From positions 2,405 through 66,404 of the forward strand of contig JBEKEC010000046.1 of assembly GCA_050014015.1 (NCBI GenBank): a DNA stretch of 64,000 nucleotides. Reading direction: 5' to 3'. This document shows positions 9,991 through 19,390 of the stretch, piece by piece. The notes under the pieces were generated by a model that made no database searches, was not told where the DNA came from, and saw only the letters and a program-made list of their open reading frames with translations. How positions within the stretch are numbered: position 1 is the stretch's first letter; every line of letters starts with the position of its first letter. Source of the stretch: Tepidisphaeraceae bacterium. Lineage in GTDB: Bacteria > Planctomycetota > Phycisphaerae > Tepidisphaerales > Tepidisphaeraceae. A program made the translations under genes and the position numbers.

Positions 9991-10454
9991 GATTCGGGGC
10001 TGTTCGGGGACTTGGGAAGGTATTTGTTGAGCATGGCTTGGAATTCCTTGGATACGCCTGGAGGGGAGTATTTGGGGCCGCGCATGGGGGAGCGGCGAAG
10101 GTAGGCGATCAAATTGCTGAGCATGGCGCTGATGCGGCGACAGTCGGCGTGAAGACGGGCGGCAGATTGAGGATCGATGTATTTCTGGTCGGCGGCGATC
10201 ATCAATTGGGCGCGAATCTCGCCGCAGGAGCCCTTGGCGATGTAGAGGAACTGGATGAGTTCGACGTTGCCGCCGCGTTCGAAACCCTCGGCGACGTTGG
10301 AGAGGATGGAGACGGCGGCGCGGCGAACCTGATCGACCAATCCGCGATCGCGGCGGAACTCCGGCTGCCGAGTAAGTTGGTAAACCTCGTTGACCAGTTC
10401 GCGCGATCGCTTAAAAACGGCCAGTTCCTCAAATGTCTTGGCCGCCTCGCCCAT
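9978..10454 (-). CDS. Four-helix-bundle protein (23S rRNA intervening-sequence protein family)
   Basis: The sequence FEELAVFKRSRELVNEVYQLT..LVDQVRRAAVSILSNVAEGFERGGNVELIQFLYIAKGSCGEIRAQL fits the PF05635/TIGR02436-type pattern. Confidence 0.85.
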   Translation of the reverse strand: MGEAAKTFEELAVFKRSRELVNEVYQLTRQPEFRRDRGLVDQVRRAAVSILSNVAEGFERGGNVELIQFLYIAKGSCGEIRAQLMIAADQKYIDPQSAARLHADCRRISAMLSNLIAYLRRSPMRGPKYSPPGVSKEFQAMLNKYLPKSPNSPESSNP

Positions 10455-10467
10455 ACATAATCCTCAT

Positions 10468-10497
10468 CCTTTGAACCTTTGAACTCTTGAACCTTGA
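10468..10497. repeat. Short inverted arm (CCTTTGAACCTTTGAACTCTTGAACCTTGA), the reverse complement of the GGTTCAAGG units
   Basis: It lies between the rne stop (10506) and the four-helix-bundle start (10454). It is complementary to the 9749-9990 array. Confidence 0.7.
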
Positions 10498-10505
10498 CGG
10501 CCGAA

Positions 10506-12932
10506 TCAATCGTAATCGTCGGGGATGGAATCGAGATCGCGATGGCTGCGTGGGCGGATCACGGGCTGCGGGGCGACGGGTTCGTCCTGGACGAGATGAC
10601 GGTCGGCGGAGCCGGTTCGAGTGAGGGTGGGCTCCTCGCGAGCGCGGGGTTCATCCTGGCGCGGAGTCCGAACGGGCGGGGCGGCGGGTGCGGGCAACGG
10701 GGGAGCCGCTGTGGATTGCTCGGAGTCGAGGCGGCGGCCGCGACGGCGCCGGCCGCCACGACGGCGGCGACGGCGAGGCGCCCCATCGGCTGCGGGGGGG
10801 AAGTTTTCAGCGGGGAATTTCTCGTTGCCGGGTTCGGGCGCAATTTCATCCTGGGGCAAATCGGGGGCGTATTCGATTTCGCCTTGGGCGTGGATGGCGG
10901 GTTGGCCGGGAGGAACTGGGGGGAGGGGCGGTTGGTTTTGGAAGTCGGGTCGGCCTCTTCCGCGACCCCGGCCGCGGCGGCCGCGGCGGCGGCGACGGCC
11001 GGCGGGTTTCTCGTCTTCAAATTCGCCGGGGCGGTCGGAGAATTCTGAATGCTCGACGGGTTGGCCGACGGGAACTTCGCCGGTCACGGGGCTTTCGGGG
11101 ACGATTTCATCGGGGACAGAATCGGGGGGGGCGATGGTGTGGTCGGCTTCCGGCGGGAGGCCGGCATCGGAATCGTCCATGGCCTGATCGCGGCGATCGA
11201 GTTCCTCCTCGACGTTCTCGATGTCGAATTTGTCTTCCTCGGATTCCTGTGGGAGAGGCTCGGGAGGCCGGCGATAGGGGCGGAGATCTGGGCCTCGTGA
11301 TTGTCGTTGATCGCGTCGCGGTGGAGGCTGGCGGAAGCGTGCGTCACCGCCGCGGCCCGGCCGCGGAGCGGGATGCGACAGCGCCGGCGGAGCCATTCCC
11401 AGTTCTTGCAGATAAACGTGGGAGTTGTGGGCATCGAAAAGCTCGAAGCGCGCCTCGTCGAGTGCGACGGCGATATCGGAGCGGATGACGACTTTTTTAT
11501 TGAACTGCTCTTCGAGCTTGACGATCTGCGCCCGCTTGCGGTTTTGGAGGTAGAAGGCGACGTCGGGGCAGACTGTCATTTCCACCTGGGCGACCTTGAG
11601 ATCGTTCATGGAAATGGCGAGCCGGCGCATGACGTCGAGGCTCATGCTTTCGGGGGTCTTGACGAGTCCGGCTCCGCGGCAATGGGGGCAGTCGAAATAG
11701 ATGGAGCGTTTGAGGCTGGGGCGCATGCGCTGGCGGGTGATCTCGATGATGCCGAACTGGCTCATGCGCAGGACCTTGGTCTTGGCGCGGTCTTTGGAGA
11801 AATTGACGTGGAGGCGGTTTTCGAGTTCTCGGCGATGTCGTTCGAAGCGGAGGTCGATGAAATCGCAGATGATGACGCCGCCGAGATCGCGGAGGCGAAG
11901 CTGGCGGGGGATTTCATCGGCGGCCTCCATGTCGGTCTTGAAGGCGGTGGTTTCGGCGTCGGCGTGTTCGCGGAACTTGCCGCTGTTGACGTCGATGGCG
12001 ACGACGGCCTCGGTGCTGTCGATGACCAGCGACCCGCCGGAGGGAAGCGGGACGTGGCGGCTGTACATCAGCTCGATTTCGCGTTCGATGCCGTATTTGT
12101 GAAACAGGGGCACGGGGCCTTCGTACAGTTCGACCTTGTTTTTCGTGCGTGGATTGGCGAGCTTGATGACGTCTTTGACTTGCTTGGCGACGTCCTTGTC
12201 GTCGACGACGATGGAGTCGATGTCGCTGGTGAAGACGTCGCGGACGCTGCGGGTAACGAGGTCGCCCTCGGCGTAGAGTTCCATCGGACCCGGTCCGCTG
12301 TCGCGTTTCTTGACGAAAATGGTCCAGAGGCGCGTGAGATAAGTGAGGTCGCGCTGGATTTCGGTTTTGCTTTTGCCGACGCCGGCGGTGCGGATGATGA
12401 ACCCGACGTCCTTGGGTGGCTTGAGGGAATCGAGGATCTGGCGGAGTCGGCGGCGTTCTTCGTCGTCCTCGATTTTGCGGGAGACGCCCATCTTGGCCAT
12501 GCCGGGCATCATCACCAGGATTCGTCCGGGGATGGAGAGATAGGTGGTGAGGGTGGGTCCCTTGGTGCCGATGCCTTCCTTGATGATCTGGACGATGATT
12601 TCATCGCCGCGGCGAAGGCAGCGTTGGATGGGAGGTCGGTCGCGGCGGGAGATTTTTCGGCCGACGCTTTCCTGCACGTCGGAGCCGGCGCGGCCGAAGT
12701 AGCTGGGCATCAGGTCGGAGATATGGAGGAAGCCGTTTCGGCCGAGGCCGAAGTCGATGAACGCGGCCTGTATGGAAGGTTCGACGTTGGAGACGCGGCC
12801 CTTGTAGATATTTCCGACATGACTGGTGGCGCTGGCGCGCTCCACGTAAAGCTCTTCGAGCCTCTTGTCTTCGACCAGTGCGATTCGGCATTCCTCGCCC
12901 TGGGAGACGTTGATCAACATTTCTTTTGCCAC
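10506..12932 (-). CDS. rne: Ribonuclease E/G family endoribonuclease with an Arg/Pro-rich C-terminal tail
   Basis: The N-terminal S1 and catalytic region is present (MLINVSQGEECRIALVEDKRLEELYVERA...GNIYKGRVSNVEPSIQAAFIDFG; ..CPHCRGAGLVKTPES Zn-link). The last ~290 aa are low complexity (RRRRRGRRGRGRGRGR, PPLPPVPP). Confidence 0.9.
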   Translation of the reverse strand: MAKEMLINVSQGEECRIALVEDKRLEELYVERASATSHVGNIYKGRVSNVEPSIQAAFIDFGLGRNGFLHISDLMPSYFGRAGSDVQESVGRKISRRDRPPIQRCLRRGDEIIVQIIKEGIGTKGPTLTTYLSIPGRILVMMPGMAKMGVSRKIEDDEERRRLRQILDSLKPPKDVGFIIRTAGVGKSKTEIQRDLTYLTRLWTIFVKKRDSGPGPMELYAEGDLVTRSVRDVFTSDIDSIVVDDKDVAKQVKDVIKLANPRTKNKVELYEGPVPLFHKYGIEREIELMYSRHVPLPSGGSLVIDSTEAVVAIDVNSGKFREHADAETTAFKTDMEAADEIPRQLRLRDLGGVIICDFIDLRFERHRRELENRLHVNFSKDRAKTKVLRMSQFGIIEITRQRMRPSLKRSIYFDCPHCRGAGLVKTPESMSLDVMRRLAISMNDLKVAQVEMTVCPDVAFYLQNRKRAQIVKLEEQFNKKVVIRSDIAVALDEARFELFDAHNSHVYLQELGMAPPALSHPAPRPGRGGDARFRQPPPRRDQRQSRGPDLRPYRRPPEPLPQESEEDKFDIENVEEELDRRDQAMDDSDAGLPPEADHTIAPPDSVPDEIVPESPVTGEVPVGQPVEHSEFSDRPGEFEDEKPAGRRRRRGRRGRGRGRGRPDFQNQPPLPPVPPGQPAIHAQGEIEYAPDLPQDEIAPEPGNEKFPAENFPPAADGAPRRRRRRGGRRRRGRRLDSEQSTAAPPLPAPAAPPVRTPRQDEPRAREEPTLTRTGSADRHLVQDEPVAPQPVIRPRSHRDLDSIPDDYD

Positions 12933-12933
12933 G

Positions 12934-14670
12934 CTAGAGGGCCTCCGGATCGATTTTCTGTGTTTCGTCGCGCAGGTAGTGCATGACCTGCCGTTCGCTG
13001 TCGAAGCTCATGACCCTTCGAGCCACCTGCCTGGCATGCTCCATGGTGGTGGATCGGATGAGTTTTTTGACTTCCGGGATGTCGGGCGAGTTCATGCTGA
13101 ACGTCGTCAGACCGAGTCCCAGGAGAAGCAGAGTGTACAGGGGTTCGCCGGCCATTTCACCACACATGCTCACACCGATGCTGCGGGAGCCTTTGCGGAT
13201 GACGTCGCGGACGAGTCCGAGGACGGCGGGATGGCCGGGACAGAAGAGCCCTGCGACCTTCTCGTTGGTGCGGTCGACCGCCAGGGTGTATTGGATAAGG
13301 TCGTTGGTTCCGATGGAGAAGAAATTGACTTCCTTGGCGAATTTTTCCGCCATGAGAGCGGCGGAGGGGACTTCGATCATCATTCCGATGGGGATATCGC
13401 GATTATAGGAGACGCCTTCGTCCTCAAGCTCTTCCATGACGTCGTTGAGGAGCATTTTGGCCTGTCGGAGTTCCATGAGGGTGGTGATCATGGGGAACAT
13501 GACGCGGACGTCGCCGAGAACGCTGGAGCGCATGATGGCGCGGAGTTGGCGCTTGAACATGGGGATGTCGTGCAGGCACATGCGGATGGAGCGGTCGCCG
13601 AGAAACGGATTGCGTTCGGGATTGTGGAACTTGGCCTGGGTGTATTTGTCGGCGCCCAAATCAAGGGTTCGGATGACGAGGGGGCGATTTTTGAGGCGTA
13701 GCAAGGCATCGGCGTAAGCGCCGTAGTGTTCCTCCTCGCTGGGTTCGTGATCGCTGGCGAGATAGAGGAACTCGGTGCGGTAAAGTCCGACGCCCTCGGC
13801 GCCGCGGCGGAGGGCATCGTCCACCTCGTTGGGGAATTCGATGTTGGCCATGAGGCTGATGAGGTGTCCGTCGAGGGTTTGAGCGGGCAATTCCTGGAGG
13901 GTGGCGCGTTCGCTTTCGACCTTGAGACGGTGAATCTCTGCGCCGCGGTTTTCCTCGAGGATCTGGGGGTCGGGGTTGATGATGACGATGCCGTGATTGC
14001 CGTCGATGATGACCAGATCGCCGGCGGAGACATCGGAGGTGATGTCGGTCAGACCGACGACGGCGGGAATTCCCATGGAGCGGGCGACGATGGCGGTGTG
14101 GCTGGTGCGGCCGCCGGCGTCGGTGGCGAATCCCTTGACGTGGCGTCGGTCGAGGGAGGCGGCCTGGCTGGGCAGGAGATCGTGGGCGATGATGACGACG
14201 TCGCTGGTCAGATGGGATAGATCGAGGCGGTGCTGGCCCAGGAGCCGCTGAAGCAGTTGGCGTTCGATGTCGTGAATGTCCTTGACCCGCTCGGCGAGAT
14301 AGCGGTCGCTCATGGTGGAGAAGACGGCGGCGTATTTTTTCATGACGACGCCGACGGCATACTCGGCGGTGCTGAGGTGCGATCGAATCTCCTCGCCGAT
14401 CTGGTCGATCAGGGACTTGTCCTGTAGCACGCCGATGTGGAAATCGAGGATGGCGGCGATTTCCTTGCGTTGATGGGCGAGCAGTTCATCGCGTTGGCGG
14501 GAGAGGTCCTGAATGGAATCGTTCAGCGCGTGATGGAAGCGTTCGATCTCGGGGTTGACGTTGGCGGCGGGGATTTGGCGGTGGGGAATGACGAGATTCT
14601 CGGCATCCAGCACGATGGCGGTGCTGATGGCCAGTCCCGGTGAAACACCTGTGCCTTTCTTTATGTCCAT
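12934..14670 (-). CDS. ptsI: Phosphoenolpyruvate-protein phosphotransferase (PTS enzyme I)
   Basis: 578 aa with ..TDAGGRTSHTAIVARSMGIPAVVG (active-site His box) and ..FFSIGTNDLIQYTLAVDR. There is no N-terminal GAF domain. Confidence 0.9.
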   Translation of the reverse strand: MDIKKGTGVSPGLAISTAIVLDAENLVIPHRQIPAANVNPEIERFHHALNDSIQDLSRQRDELLAHQRKEIAAILDFHIGVLQDKSLIDQIGEEIRSHLSTAEYAVGVVMKKYAAVFSTMSDRYLAERVKDIHDIERQLLQRLLGQHRLDLSHLTSDVVIIAHDLLPSQAASLDRRHVKGFATDAGGRTSHTAIVARSMGIPAVVGLTDITSDVSAGDLVIIDGNHGIVIINPDPQILEENRGAEIHRLKVESERATLQELPAQTLDGHLISLMANIEFPNEVDDALRRGAEGVGLYRTEFLYLASDHEPSEEEHYGAYADALLRLKNRPLVIRTLDLGADKYTQAKFHNPERNPFLGDRSIRMCLHDIPMFKRQLRAIMRSSVLGDVRVMFPMITTLMELRQAKMLLNDVMEELEDEGVSYNRDIPIGMMIEVPSAALMAEKFAKEVNFFSIGTNDLIQYTLAVDRTNEKVAGLFCPGHPAVLGLVRDVIRKGSRSIGVSMCGEMAGEPLYTLLLLGLGLTTFSMNSPDIPEVKKLIRSTTMEHARQVARRVMSFDSERQVMHYLRDETQKIDPEAL

Positions 14671-14674
14671 CGCG

Positions 14675-14956
14675 TCATTCTTCCCCGAATTTATCCTGGA
14701 AAAGACGGGCCAGTTTTTCGACGGCGGCGTCGGCGTCGTCGCCCTCGGCGAGAATGCGAAGGGGCGTTCCCTGTGTGGCGGCGAGGATGATCATCTGCAT
14801 GACGCTCTTTCCATCGGCGTCGTAAGGTTCGCCGCCGGCCTTGGAGACGGTGACCTTGGAGCGGAACTGGTTCGCCAGGTCGACGAACTGCATTGCCGGC
14901 CGGGCGTGCAGCCCCAGAGAATTGCTCACGATGATGTCGCGAGAGGCGGTAGACAT
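14675..14956 (-). CDS. ptsH: HPr family phosphocarrier protein
   Basis: 93 aa with ..SNSLGLHARPA (His15 box) and GKSVMQM (Ser46 box). Confidence 0.85.
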   Translation of the reverse strand: MSTASRDIIVSNSLGLHARPAMQFVDLANQFRSKVTVSKAGGEPYDADGKSVMQMIILAATQGTPLRILAEGDDADAAVEKLARLFQDKFGEE

Positions 14957-14985
14957 GCTGGTAGAGAATCCTTTGTCGTTCCAGC

Positions 14986-15453
14986 TCAGGGGCGCTGGTC
15001 GGCCTCATCCAGCAGGTCAACGATCGCCTCTCGCGTGGGGCTTTGCCGCAGGAACCTCCGGAACATGTCCTTTTGCAGATTGCTGAAGACGATGTTCATG
15101 GCCTGGAGGTGTTGCTGGGGCTGGTTTTCCGGAGACAAAAGCAAGAAGACAATGAATACGGGCTGATGATCGAGCGAGGCAAAGTCGATGCCGGCAACGC
15201 TTCGACCAATGGTCCCAGCCATGCGTTTGACGCTGGGGTGCTTGACGTGTGGGACGGCGACGCCCTTGCCGAATCCGGTGGAGCCGTTCTGCTCGCGTTT
15301 GACGAGTGCGGCGACGACGGCGTCAACGGCGGAGGCGGGCAGGGCGTCGGTCCGCACCAGAGCGTTGGCCAGTTCGCGCAGGGCGCCGTCGCGGTCGCTG
15401 GCCGCGAGTTGGGGAATAATTGCGTCAGTCACGATGAAATCCTTCAACTTCAT
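14986..15453 (-). CDS. ptsN: PTS EIIA (fructose/nitrogen type, PtsN-like)
   Basis: I moved the start to ATG 15453 (MKLKDFIVTDAIIPQL..). The motif ..GFGKGVAVPHVKH provides the phospho-His box. Confidence 0.8.
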   Translation of the reverse strand: MKLKDFIVTDAIIPQLAASDRDGALRELANALVRTDALPASAVDAVVAALVKREQNGSTGFGKGVAVPHVKHPSVKRMAGTIGRSVAGIDFASLDHQPVFIVFLLLSPENQPQQHLQAMNIVFSNLQKDMFRRFLRQSPTREAIVDLLDEADQRP

Positions 15454-15469
15454 TGGAATTACAGCCCTT

Positions 15470-15844
15470 TCATTTGCGTTGATTCCTGGGGATGGATCGC
15501 CGTGGCGGCGCCGCGGCGCCGCGCATTTCGTGTTTGTCCTCGCCGGCGGAATGTTTGCGATTTCGGAATTTCTTCTTGTGGTCCGACAACTGCCGTTCGA
15601 GCTTGTCGATGCAGGTGTCGATGCAGGCGTACGCATCGGCGTTGGAGTCGTGAGCGATGAACCGGTTGCGGCGCTCGGCGACGACGATGATCTCCACGCG
15701 CATGGCATCGCGCGCACTATCGAATACGACTTCGATATCCTGAATGCGATCGTAGTAACGGGTCAACTTCGAGGCTTTCTGATCGGCATAGGCCTTCAGA
15801 GGAGCGCTAACGTCCATGTGGCGAGAAGAAATAGTGACCAGCAA
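15470..15844 (-). CDS. hpf: Ribosome hibernation promoting factor (HPF/RaiA family)
   Basis: Sequence is LVTISSRHMDVSAPLKAYADQKASKLTRYYDRIQDIEVVF... I propose a TTG start at 15844, 5 nt after AAGGAGG. The longer ORF upstream is not supported. Confidence 0.85.
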   Translation of the reverse strand: MLVTISSRHMDVSAPLKAYADQKASKLTRYYDRIQDIEVVFDSARDAMRVEIIVVAERRNRFIAHDSNADAYACIDTCIDKLERQLSDHKKKFRNRKHSAGEDKHEMRGAAAPPRRSIPRNQRK

Positions 15845-15869
15845 ACGAACCTCCTTAAACCCTGGGGCG

Positions 15870-16712
15870 TCATTGTACAACAAACGGGGCCGAAGGAGGC
15901 ATCTGGCCCTCGGCAGCAACCTGACGGGCGGCGGTCTTGTCCTGTTCCGGCATGATAAGGCCACCGGTGACCAACAGCCGCATGGCTTCTTCCACGGTCA
16001 TGGGTAACTCGACGATCCTGCTACGCGGCACGACCAGCACGTAACCGCTGAAAGAAGTGGGAGTCGAGGGAACAAAGACGGTGACCATTTCTTCCGGGCC
16101 GTTCTGGCCAAGGGTCCAACGGCGGGTGCTGGTGACGAGTCCGATGGACCAGATATTGTGCTCGTGGGGCTGAACGGCGACGACGCGGCTGGCCTGGAAC
16201 TGATGAGTCCGGTCGGCCAGGACAAAATCCGTCACCTGTTTGACGGCGGGATAAATCGCCCGGACGAGGGGTATCCGCAACAGGGCCCGCTCGGCGACGC
16301 GCCAAAAGGCCCGGCCGATGAGATTGCCTACGAACACCCCGATGACATAGACCAGCACGATGGACAACCCAACGCCCAGAAGGCGCGTGGAGAATTTGGA
16401 TTGATCCAAGGCCCAGGAATAGATGTAGTGCGGCGATTGGGGCTGAACTCCGAGCCAGCCGCTGTCGCCGGCCTCGTACCAGAGGAATGAAATCAGATTG
16501 ATGACGTACTGTCCGATGTTCTCCCAAAGGAAATTCCAGGCCCAGATGAGGAGCCAGAGGGTAATGAGAGTGGGCAGGAGGGTTGCGAGTCCGCGGATGA
16601 AAAAGCGTTTGAAATCGTCGGCGAAGCCGACCCTTTTGCGGGGTTGGAACGCGGGAGGCGAGTTTTCTGTCGGCGGCAACAAAGGATGATTCTCGGGGAC
16701 GGTCACGGCCAT
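15870..16712 (-). CDS. DUF502 family membrane protein
   Basis: The sequence ..FFIRGLATLLPTLITLWLLIWAWNFL.. and the C-terminal ..PSTPTSFSGYVLVVPRSRIVELPMTVEEAMRLLVTGG match the DUF502 pattern. Confidence 0.7.
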   Translation of the reverse strand: MAVTVPENHPLLPPTENSPPAFQPRKRVGFADDFKRFFIRGLATLLPTLITLWLLIWAWNFLWENIGQYVINLISFLWYEAGDSGWLGVQPQSPHYIYSWALDQSKFSTRLLGVGLSIVLVYVIGVFVGNLIGRAFWRVAERALLRIPLVRAIYPAVKQVTDFVLADRTHQFQASRVVAVQPHEHNIWSIGLVTSTRRWTLGQNGPEEMVTVFVPSTPTSFSGYVLVVPRSRIVELPMTVEEAMRLLVTGGLIMPEQDKTAARQVAAEGQMPPSAPFVVQ

Positions 16713-16727
16713 TTCCTTGCCAATGCG

Positions 16728-19334
16728 CTACGGAGTGTCGGGCGTCGGGTTCGTTAGAGGAGCGGGCTCCGTCGCGGGGGCGCTCGGCAGTTCGGGGGCG
16801 CCGGGTTGCTCGGGGGCGCTGGGCTGCTCGGGGGCGCTGGGCTGCGTCGCAGCCGCCCGGAGCGATTGGGAAAGCGATTCGGCGTAGGACTTGACGATCG
16901 GATCCTTGTCTGCCGAGAGCTGATCGGCCACGGCGATTCCCTTGCTGCCCATGTCGCCGGCGAAAATCAGAGCCAACAGGCGCGTTTGCCAATGCTCGTC
17001 GGTCACCATCGAGGCCAGGGAATTGGCTTGATCGTCTCCTTCCGCCAGGGCGGTGAGGAGGTATTTCTGATAGGCCTGAACCGATGCATTGGCGCCGACG
17101 TCCACCAGGTGAATCTTGGCGATGAATTCATCCCGGACCGGCTTGGATCGGGGGTCTTTGAGGTCGGTGAGGAGTCCGATATAGGAGGCAATGGCATCCA
17201 ACGCCCGTATTTTTTCGCCGCCGTCATCCAAGTCCAATCGCTGGTAAAACACAGCGCGTTGTTCGGGGGTTCCGATCGGAATCGACTCGCGGGCGATGGT
17301 CTGAGAAGTCTGAGTGTAACCGCCGATCCCCGGCTGCGCCTGGGGAGATAGAAACCGAGCGGCTTGTTTGACTTGGGTGGGATTCAAGACCAGGGACAGG
17401 TTCACCATCAGGTCGAACTGGGGTCTGGAACCGAAAACGGCGTGAAGAGCGTCCTGGTCGATGCGAAGAACGGTGCTGACGGAATCGCCGGGCCCCAGGA
17501 CCAGCCGCTGATCCAGCCGGCCGATGGCCGCCCCGTAAATCCCTTGATTGAGCATTCCGATCAATCGGGCGTCGAACCAGAGTTCGGGATGAATCGCGCA
17601 GTCGTCGCCGATGGCCAAATCCACGCCGCTGTTGTTCTGCAAGGTGACGCGCACAAGGACGGGTTCTCCAAACTCATAAGTGGCCTTGAGCGGAGCAACC
17701 TGAACGTCGTAAAAGGTCTTGGGCGCGCGGAGCAATTCCAGAAAGGACTGGGGAACGGCACTGACCATGGTGGCGACGGTTCCGGAGGCTGGGGATGGAT
17801 CGATCTTGACGTGAAGCCTGTTGAATTCGGCCCAAAGCACCGCTCCGATCACCCCCGAGGGATGTTCATCAATCAGATTCTGGGCCTGGAGGATCGCCTG
17901 GCCCTTGGTGAGAGGATCGTCCAGTTCGATGAGGATGACGCCGAGCTGCGCCACCGGGTCGAGTTTGCCCAGGGTCTTCAGCTTCGGAAGGGCGCCCTTG
18001 GCGTCACCGCCGACGTATTGCTGCCAGGCGCGCAATCGCTGGAGCGTGACATCTTTGTCGGGCACGAGGCGGGCCAGTGCGTCGATGAGTGGGGCGGCGG
18101 GCTCGGCGGCGTGGCGGTAATACAAATCCAGCCAGGCCAGCGACGCCAACGACGCTTCGTAGGGAGCGATGAGTTGGCGATCCCGGACGGTTTTTAGACG
18201 GATGGGATCGCCGGAAAGATCGGGCAGAGCGGTATCATCGGGCGAATCGATGGGCCGGGTCGTTGCGGTTAAATCACCGGCCAAATTCCGGACGGTTTGC
18301 AGGCGATTGGAAATGGCATTGAAAGCTTTGCGGATCGTGGCAGTGTTTTCGGCCTGCATGTCCTGATTGCCGGGAAAAATGGCGAGTTGGAATTTCAGCA
18401 CCGAAAGGGAGATGAACCAGCCATCGGCGTCATCGGGCAGAGCGTTGTTGTACCTGCCGGCCAGGATCTTGGCCTCGTCGGCGTGTTTGCCGATAAGCAA
18501 TTGCGAACTGGCGCCGAGCACGAACGCCGGGTCGGCGCGCACGTTGGTCGCGGAATAGATTTCATTGGCCAGTGCGTACCAGGTGATGGCGGGGTCGACC
18601 AACCCCAACTGCGCCAGTTGTTCGGCGAGCCGGGATGCCACGACCGGATCGGCGGGGTTGGCCTGCAAGATTCCCAGAAGCTGCTGGATGCGATCAACGG
18701 GCAGCGCGGTGTCCTGAGTCAGAATATAGCGAATTCGCAGGGCTTGCAGGTTCACCGGGTTGAGGACCCGCGCTGAATCGAGGAGTTGCATGGCCTGGTC
18801 GTTCTGACCCCTGTCCATCAGCAATTGGGCGGCGCGCACGGCAATTTCGCTCTTGACCGGACCGGAGATGGACTGTTTCTTGAGAAGGAAGCGGAGGTAA
18901 TTCAGCCGCTGATCGACCGATTCCATCGCGTCGGAGGAGAGGTAAAGGTCGATGAGCTGAACCTGGGCGGTTTGATCTTCCCTGGCGTCGTTCCGATCAA
19001 GCTTGAGATAATCCGTCAGGGCCTGGATTGCGCCGGGGCCATCGTTCACCTGCAAAAGAACGTCCGCCAGCGACCGTACAAACCGCGGCTCGGCGGGATC
19101 GAGCTTCATGGCGGCGCGATAGAGGTCGGCGCTCAATTGCAGCGCGTTTGCGGGGATCTGCTTCTGGCGGAAAACCTGGTGGGCGGCGGTTGCGAATCGT
19201 TCGGCCAATGCGATGGAACCATCGGGGTCTTGCGGGGTTTGGTCGATGTCGTCCGCCGGCGCGCGACCCAGGGCGGCGGCAAAAACCGTAATGAAAACTG
19301 CCAGCACGAATCGGTGCTTCATTTCGTTCCTCAT
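16728..19334 (-). CDS. Large secreted repeat (TPR/HEAT-like) protein of unknown function
   Basis: I moved the start to ATG 19334 (MRNEMKHRFVLAVFITVFAAALGRAPA signal). The body is helical-repeat-like and the C-terminal tail has APEQPS repeats. Confidence 0.6.
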   Translation of the reverse strand: MRNEMKHRFVLAVFITVFAAALGRAPADDIDQTPQDPDGSIALAERFATAAHQVFRQKQIPANALQLSADLYRAAMKLDPAEPRFVRSLADVLLQVNDGPGAIQALTDYLKLDRNDAREDQTAQVQLIDLYLSSDAMESVDQRLNYLRFLLKKQSISGPVKSEIAVRAAQLLMDRGQNDQAMQLLDSARVLNPVNLQALRIRYILTQDTALPVDRIQQLLGILQANPADPVVASRLAEQLAQLGLVDPAITWYALANEIYSATNVRADPAFVLGASSQLLIGKHADEAKILAGRYNNALPDDADGWFISLSVLKFQLAIFPGNQDMQAENTATIRKAFNAISNRLQTVRNLAGDLTATTRPIDSPDDTALPDLSGDPIRLKTVRDRQLIAPYEASLASLAWLDLYYRHAAEPAAPLIDALARLVPDKDVTLQRLRAWQQYVGGDAKGALPKLKTLGKLDPVAQLGVILIELDDPLTKGQAILQAQNLIDEHPSGVIGAVLWAEFNRLHVKIDPSPASGTVATMVSAVPQSFLELLRAPKTFYDVQVAPLKATYEFGEPVLVRVTLQNNSGVDLAIGDDCAIHPELWFDARLIGMLNQGIYGAAIGRLDQRLVLGPGDSVSTVLRIDQDALHAVFGSRPQFDLMVNLSLVLNPTQVKQAARFLSPQAQPGIGGYTQTSQTIARESIPIGTPEQRAVFYQRLDLDDGGEKIRALDAIASYIGLLTDLKDPRSKPVRDEFIAKIHLVDVGANASVQAYQKYLLTALAEGDDQANSLASMVTDEHWQTRLLALIFAGDMGSKGIAVADQLSADKDPIVKSYAESLSQSLRAAATQPSAPEQPSAPEQPGAPELPSAPATEPAPLTNPTPDTP

Positions 19335-19390
19335 GCAAAATCCAAAGCGTCGGGAATCTTCGGGAAGAGAGCGGAGCGTCTCCCCCGGAA

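Noticed and set aside
11301-12986. A long 561-aa ORF antisense to rne. Similar long antisense ORFs occur at 3649..4722, 28795..30144, 31534..32793, 34036..35181, 36078..37181, 43545..44954, 52845..53816, 54785..55825 and 59357..60583.
   Set aside because: These are typical high-GC shadow ORFs. Their translations are low complexity and rich in Arg/Gly/Asp/His, and each lies opposite a gene with clear family motifs.
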